A stretch of DNA of 63,490 nt, filler included, from Reclinomonas americana ATCC 50394 (Eukaryota): NCBI GenBank assembly GCA_048213135.1. It is 32 parts of 32 records of this genome, joined end to end, with 100 filler letters (N's around TTAATTAATTAA, not from the genome) between each part and the next. Parts side by side here need not be neighbours in the genome. Positions count along the whole stretch, not along the records: positions 59,413 to 61,402 come from AFZH01025084.1; positions 61,503 to 63,490 come from AFZH01025085.1; 30 more parts are not named here. One strand, written 5' to 3'. The notes beneath the pieces are model-generated. The model saw only the letters and a list, made by a program, of their open reading frames with translations, did not search any database and was not told where the DNA came from. Each line of letters starts with the position of its first letter. Within the stretch, counting starts at the first letter, position 1. The translations under genes were made by a program, and so were the position numbers. Below, in pieces: positions 59,413 to 63,490 of the stretch.

Positions 59413-59727
59413 GACTGCAGTCACCCAGTCTGCGTGCCCCTGCAGTCGTCGCACCTCCTCACCACTCGCCAGTGACCACACTCGTACAGTCTGGTCCCCA
59501 CTCCCGCTCACGATGTGCTCACCATCGGGGGTGACAGCGACCGCGTGCACCGTAATGTTGTGTCCCTCCAACTTTCGCACTTGCTTTGCAGTCGTTAACG
59601 ACCACACTCGCACTGTCTTGTCTTGACCACCACTCACAATGCGCGTGCCATCGGGAGTGACAGCGACACAGTTCACCGTGTTTATGTGTCCACGCAGGCA
59701 CTTGTACAGGAAGGGAGGAGTGGTCAT
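59413..59727 (-). CDS. WD40 array gene, copy 3 (5' part)
   Basis: MTTPPFLYKCLRGHINTVNCVAVTPDG..., paralogous to the start at 60954. Confidence 0.88.
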
Positions 59728-59886
59728 GGTACAGTGAGCAGGGGCGGAAAGTGGAAACTGCGGGAGGCGAGGGGACGAACTGCACTGCAGAGTCGCACAT
59801 GACGTCGTTGGCGGTGTTCTATGCAGGCAAGTCCTGTTCACTAGACAGTTGACAAGAGAGCGAGAGAGACAAGACAAGAACGGAGG

Positions 59887-60954
59887 TCACAATCGAAGAC
59901 AGCTGCCTGCAGAACATCGATAAACGACGACCTCGGCCTCCTCGACCACAAAGCAGCGCAGCACCATTTCAACGAGGCAACGCTGGCCGCGTTCGCCGGC
60001 CTCTTGCACCGCGCACATCGCCAATCGAGCACAGTCGAGTTCGTGCCGAGCGAGACCGAATGGTGTGGACCACACTCGCACTGTCTCGTCGTTGCTCCCA
60101 CTAACGATGTGCTGACTGCAGGGTGTGACGGCGACAGAGTTGACCGCCTGACCGTGCCCCTCCAGTCGTCGCTCCTCGGCGCCACTCGGCACAGACCACA
60201 CACGAATGGAGTTGTCCTGACTGCCGCTCACAACGTGCAGGCCATTCGGTGTGACAGCGACACACAACACGCTGTGCGTGTGCCCTTCCAGCAGCCTCAC
60301 CACTTCGCCACTCGTCAGCGACCACACACGCACAGTCCTGTCGGAGCCTCCACTCACGACAAGCTGATCGTCGGGAGTGAGGGCAACACAAAAAACTCCT
60401 CCAGTGTGTCCCTCCAGCCGTCGCACTTCTTCGCCGCTCGCCAATGACCACACACGCACAGTTCTGTCCCCACTCCCACTCACAAGGTGCTGACCATCGC
60501 GAGTGACAGCGACGGCAAACACTTTGTGTGCGTGTCCCTCTATTCGTCGCACCTCCTCTCCGCTCGCCAGGGACCACACACGCACGGTCTTGTCCTCACT
60601 GCCACTCACAACGTGTTGGCCGTCGAGAGTGGTGGCGACTGCGGTCACCCAGTCAGTGTGTCCCTCGAGTCGTCTCACCTCCTCCCCTCTTGCCAGCGAC
60701 CACACACGCACGGTCTTGTCTTGACCACCGCTCACCACGTGCATGCCGTCGGGGGTGACGGCGGCAGCCATCACCCCTCCCGCGTGCCCCTCCAACCGTT
60801 GCACTTCCTTTGCTGTCGCCAGTGACCACACACGCACCATGTCATCGGAGCCGCCGCACACAATGTGCGTACCATCGGGAGCAGTGGCAACAGAAAAGTT
60901 CACGGTGTCAACTTGTCCAGGCAGGCACTTGCACAGGAACTCAGGAGTGGTCAT
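59887..60954 (-). CDS. Intronless 7-repeat WD40 protein with a ~55-aa helical C-terminal module, copy 2 (complete)
   Basis: Seven ~42-aa GH...V..VAVTPDG..+VSG..D.TVRVWS repeats. Confidence 0.93.
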   Translation of the reverse strand: MTTPEFLCKCLPGQVDTVNFSVATAPDGTHIVCGGSDDMVRVWSLATAKEVQRLEGHAGGVMAAAVTPDGMHVVSGGQDKTVRVWSLARGEEVRRLEGHTDWVTAVATTLDGQHVVSGSEDKTVRVWSLASGEEVRRIEGHAHKVFAVAVTRDGQHLVSGSGDRTVRVWSLASGEEVRRLEGHTGGVFCVALTPDDQLVVSGGSDRTVRVWSLTSGEVVRLLEGHTHSVLCVAVTPNGLHVVSGSQDNSIRVWSVPSGAEERRLEGHGQAVNSVAVTPCSQHIVSGSNDETVRVWSTPFGLARHELDCARLAMCAVQEAGERGQRCLVEMVLRCFVVEEAEVVVYRCSAGSCLRL

Positions 60955-61100
60955 CGCGCGTGTGTGAGGAAGGGCGATGTGAAGGAGGACACATGAACTT
61001 CACGACGATGTCGCGATGTGGTAGTGGCGATGTTCAACGTAAGAACTGGCAGGACCTCTACACTTGATAGGCTGCAAGAGAACAGGAACGACGAGAGACT

Positions 61101-61402
61101 TTACAATCGAAGACAGCTGTCTGCGGAACATCGGCGAACGATGACCTCGGCCTCCTCAACCAGGAAGCAGCGAAGCACAATCTCCACGAGGCAGCGTGGA
61201 TCAGCTTCATCGTCCTCTTCCCATAACAGCAAGTCGAGCTCCTCCTGCACCGCGCGCATCGCCAAACGCGCCCGGCTGAGCTCACGCTGAGAGAGAGCGA
61301 ACGGCGTGGACCACACTCTCACGATCTTGTCGTGACTTCCACTCACGATGTGCTGGCCATCCGGAGATACAGCGACGGAACTCACCCAGTGAGTATGCCC
61401 TT
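61101..61402 (-). CDS. WD40 array gene, copy 1 (3' part)
   Basis: GHTHWVSSVAVSPDGQHIVSGSHDKIVRVWSTP followed by the same C-terminal module. Confidence 0.88.
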
Positions 61403-61502
61403 NNNNNNNNNNNNNNNNNNNNNNNNNNNNNNNNNNNNNNNNNNNNTTAATTAATTAANNNNNNNNNNNNNNNNNNNNNNNNNNNNNNNNNNNNNNNNNN
61501 NN

Positions 61503-63416
61503 AGAAAAAAAGTCCTCACCGATCCAAGACCAATCAAGGCGCGCAGAGTCAAGTAGCCCAGCACAATGTGTGTTGTGCTAAAGAGGTCTTGGTAGACGTA
61601 CAGCACCTCAAAGTAGATGATCATGGTGCAAATGTCGAACATGGGGAAGAGGTTGGCGACGAGCGTGAAAAAGCCGGGCTTCCACCAAGATCGTTTTGAG
61701 CGTTCCCGGAAAGTCTTGAGCGGCCTCGTGCGCTTCGGCATGGCGTTGCACCATTCGGTGAGCACCTGACGAGCGCGCTGCTTGGCCTCGGCAGTGGTCT
61801 GCGCGATCGTGGTGAGAAGAACAGCGACGGTCACGGATGGTCGACATCAAAAACAACTCACTTCACGTTCTGGATCGCGTGGGCGAGCGGAACTGGCCGG
61901 AGCCAGCATCTCTGTCAACTCGGGGAACGGAGTGTATGCGTGGTCCCACACTGTGCCTTCTCCTTGCCCGGTGCCAAGCACGCGCTTCTTGAACAAGAAG
62001 TCGGGCGAGTACATAAGGTCAGTGACGTCGGCGTACAGGAGCGTGTCCTCCGTGGGTACCACCGTGTCGAGACGATTGCGCGAGATATCGCGCCAAAACT
62101 TGACGTCCGACAGTAGGTTCTGTGCATCATTTTTCACTCAGGTGTGAGGTGGAGGTATACAGGGAATGGGAGGGCGACGGCGCACGCAACATGCCACAAG
62201 TCGATCTGCGCACGGGCAAATGGTGCCACGGCGTTTTCGGGCAGCTGACCGCTGACCCACCGCCTCCGAATGTGGGTGAAGAGGAAGAGGAAGAGGCCGT
62301 ATCCGGAAGCCATAAACCCACCACACGACGAGTAAATCAGTCGGTGGAGGAGAATCTCGCGAACACGATGGGCGGCCACTTCTTTCTCAAACTCCTCCGG
62401 GTCCGTGGACCCTGGCGCTGGCGCAAAACTCGACGTGCCAGCGCCACGATGTTGCGGCGCAGTGTGAATATGCTGTAGCGACTCGGCGCTCCACAGGCAC
62501 ATGGCTTGCTCTGCGGAACGGGGAAAGGACATGGTGAGGGTCGCAGCAAAAATAATAATGAAGAAGGCACACGCACCCTGTCGTTCACGCTCCGCACGCG
62601 GACCAGTGTGGCAACCACACGAGAGCACGATAAAGCGCACCGCGCGCACCACGAAGGCGGGAATGTGCATCAGCACCAGGTCGAAAATCAGCCACAGCAT
62701 GTAGAAAAAGCCGACCAGGCTGGTGCAGCTGGAGCGCAGCACGCTGCACTGCGACTGCTTCTCCCACGCCTTGCGCTGCGAGCGGCGTTCGGCGTCGTAC
62801 TTGATGTGCTCTTGCAACTCGGTAACATGCCACTGCTCAATCTGTCTCCGCCAGTCGCCAGTGGTCCAGTCGCCCGGGAAGCCAGCGCGCTGCACAAGAA
62901 GCACGTCAGGACACCGTGACGAGGCAACACAGAAATCGGCGAGGTGCGCACCGAAAAGTGATCGACGGCGTTGCTCCACAGATTGCGTCGCACCGTGTTC
63001 AACATGTAGTGGCGATCGTAGCCGAACGTGGTGGTCGACAGCACTTCGCGCACCACGTCGGGCACCGACGGGTCGCGCATGGACAGGTCCATCTGGCGAG
63101 CATTGCAAAGCAGATGAGTATTGAGGGGGAAGGGGGGCAGAGACAACATGTGCGGGGAGATGAGACGAACCGACAAGGCCGAAGGATCAGTGGAGGCCGA
63201 AGGCGCGGCGCGTGCCATGCGAATGGCCTCCGCAGCCGAAGCCAGAGGCGCCACGGCTGGTGCCCTCGGCGCCTGCTGCACGCCGGTGGGTGAGGTGCGC
63301 GCCGACGCTCCCGGCGCCTTGCCTCCACGTGCTGCTGCCCCAGTAGCCACCGTCGTCGTGACGGCAGTGGGAGCGACAGCGGTGGTCACCACGGCGGGTT
63401 GAATGACAGTGGCCAT
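61503..63416 (-). CDS. Second divergent GT48 (FKS/callose synthase-like) gene, N-terminal half, spliced
   Basis: TTFGY...N...DH ~ FGFQ.DN..NQ.EH; VREILLHRLIY ~ VR.IALYLL.W; LLYADVTDLMYSP ~ YDD.NE.FW.P; KTFRERSKRSWW ~ KTF.E.RSW; TM helices follow. Confidence 0.55.
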
Positions 63417-63490
63417 CTCGGCAGCATTGTTGCCGCGAGCCGAGCCGCGCGCACTGTTGTTGGCGGACTCTGGTACAATGCCAGACTCTG

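Noticed and set aside
59887..59901. C-terminal CLRL as a CaaX prenylation or PTS1 signal
   Set aside because: Arg at a2 is disfavoured, LRL is not a canonical PTS1, and the third homolog ends DLRL

Overview
This is not a contiguous locus. It is 32 short assembly contigs joined by 31 artificial 100-nt linkers (N-run + TTAATTAATTAA + N-run), so adjacency across linkers has no biological meaning. About 26 contigs come from a GC-rich, intron-rich microbial eukaryote with short GT-AG introns and (GA)n/(CA)n microsatellites; two near-identical contig pairs look like separately assembled alleles. Recognisable eukaryotic genes: DCAF7/WDR68, RPL26, a SIRT2-like sirtuin, WDR55, a CAP-Gly protein, an animal-type GH13 alpha-amylase, a GT31 galactosyltransferase, an EGF-repeat/SUEL-lectin protein, a LamG protein, a YHYH protein, a U-box/RING membrane protein, two very divergent GT48 (beta-1,3-glucan synthase) paralogs, a Crinkler-like HNH nuclease and a tandem array of intronless 7-blade WD40 genes. 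Six contigs are bacterial: four Microbacterium-like (VWA, acetyltransferase + frameshifted GH16, AdpA-like regulator + LysE, sugar ABC) and two Hyphomicrobiales-like (TTC38/YHS/Fe-ADH; flagellin-flbT-flaF/flgL). This fits a bacterivorous protist culture. The strongest novelty candidate is the WD40 array: its repeats vary at surface positions, and its conserved ~55-65 aa C-terminal module reappears on another contig downstream of unrelated, possibly transposase-like sequence. Other leads are the HNH effector, introns containing copies of their own splice junctions, and the divergent glucan synthases. All family calls are from motif recognition by eye, with no database search; eukaryotic exon boundaries are approximate.
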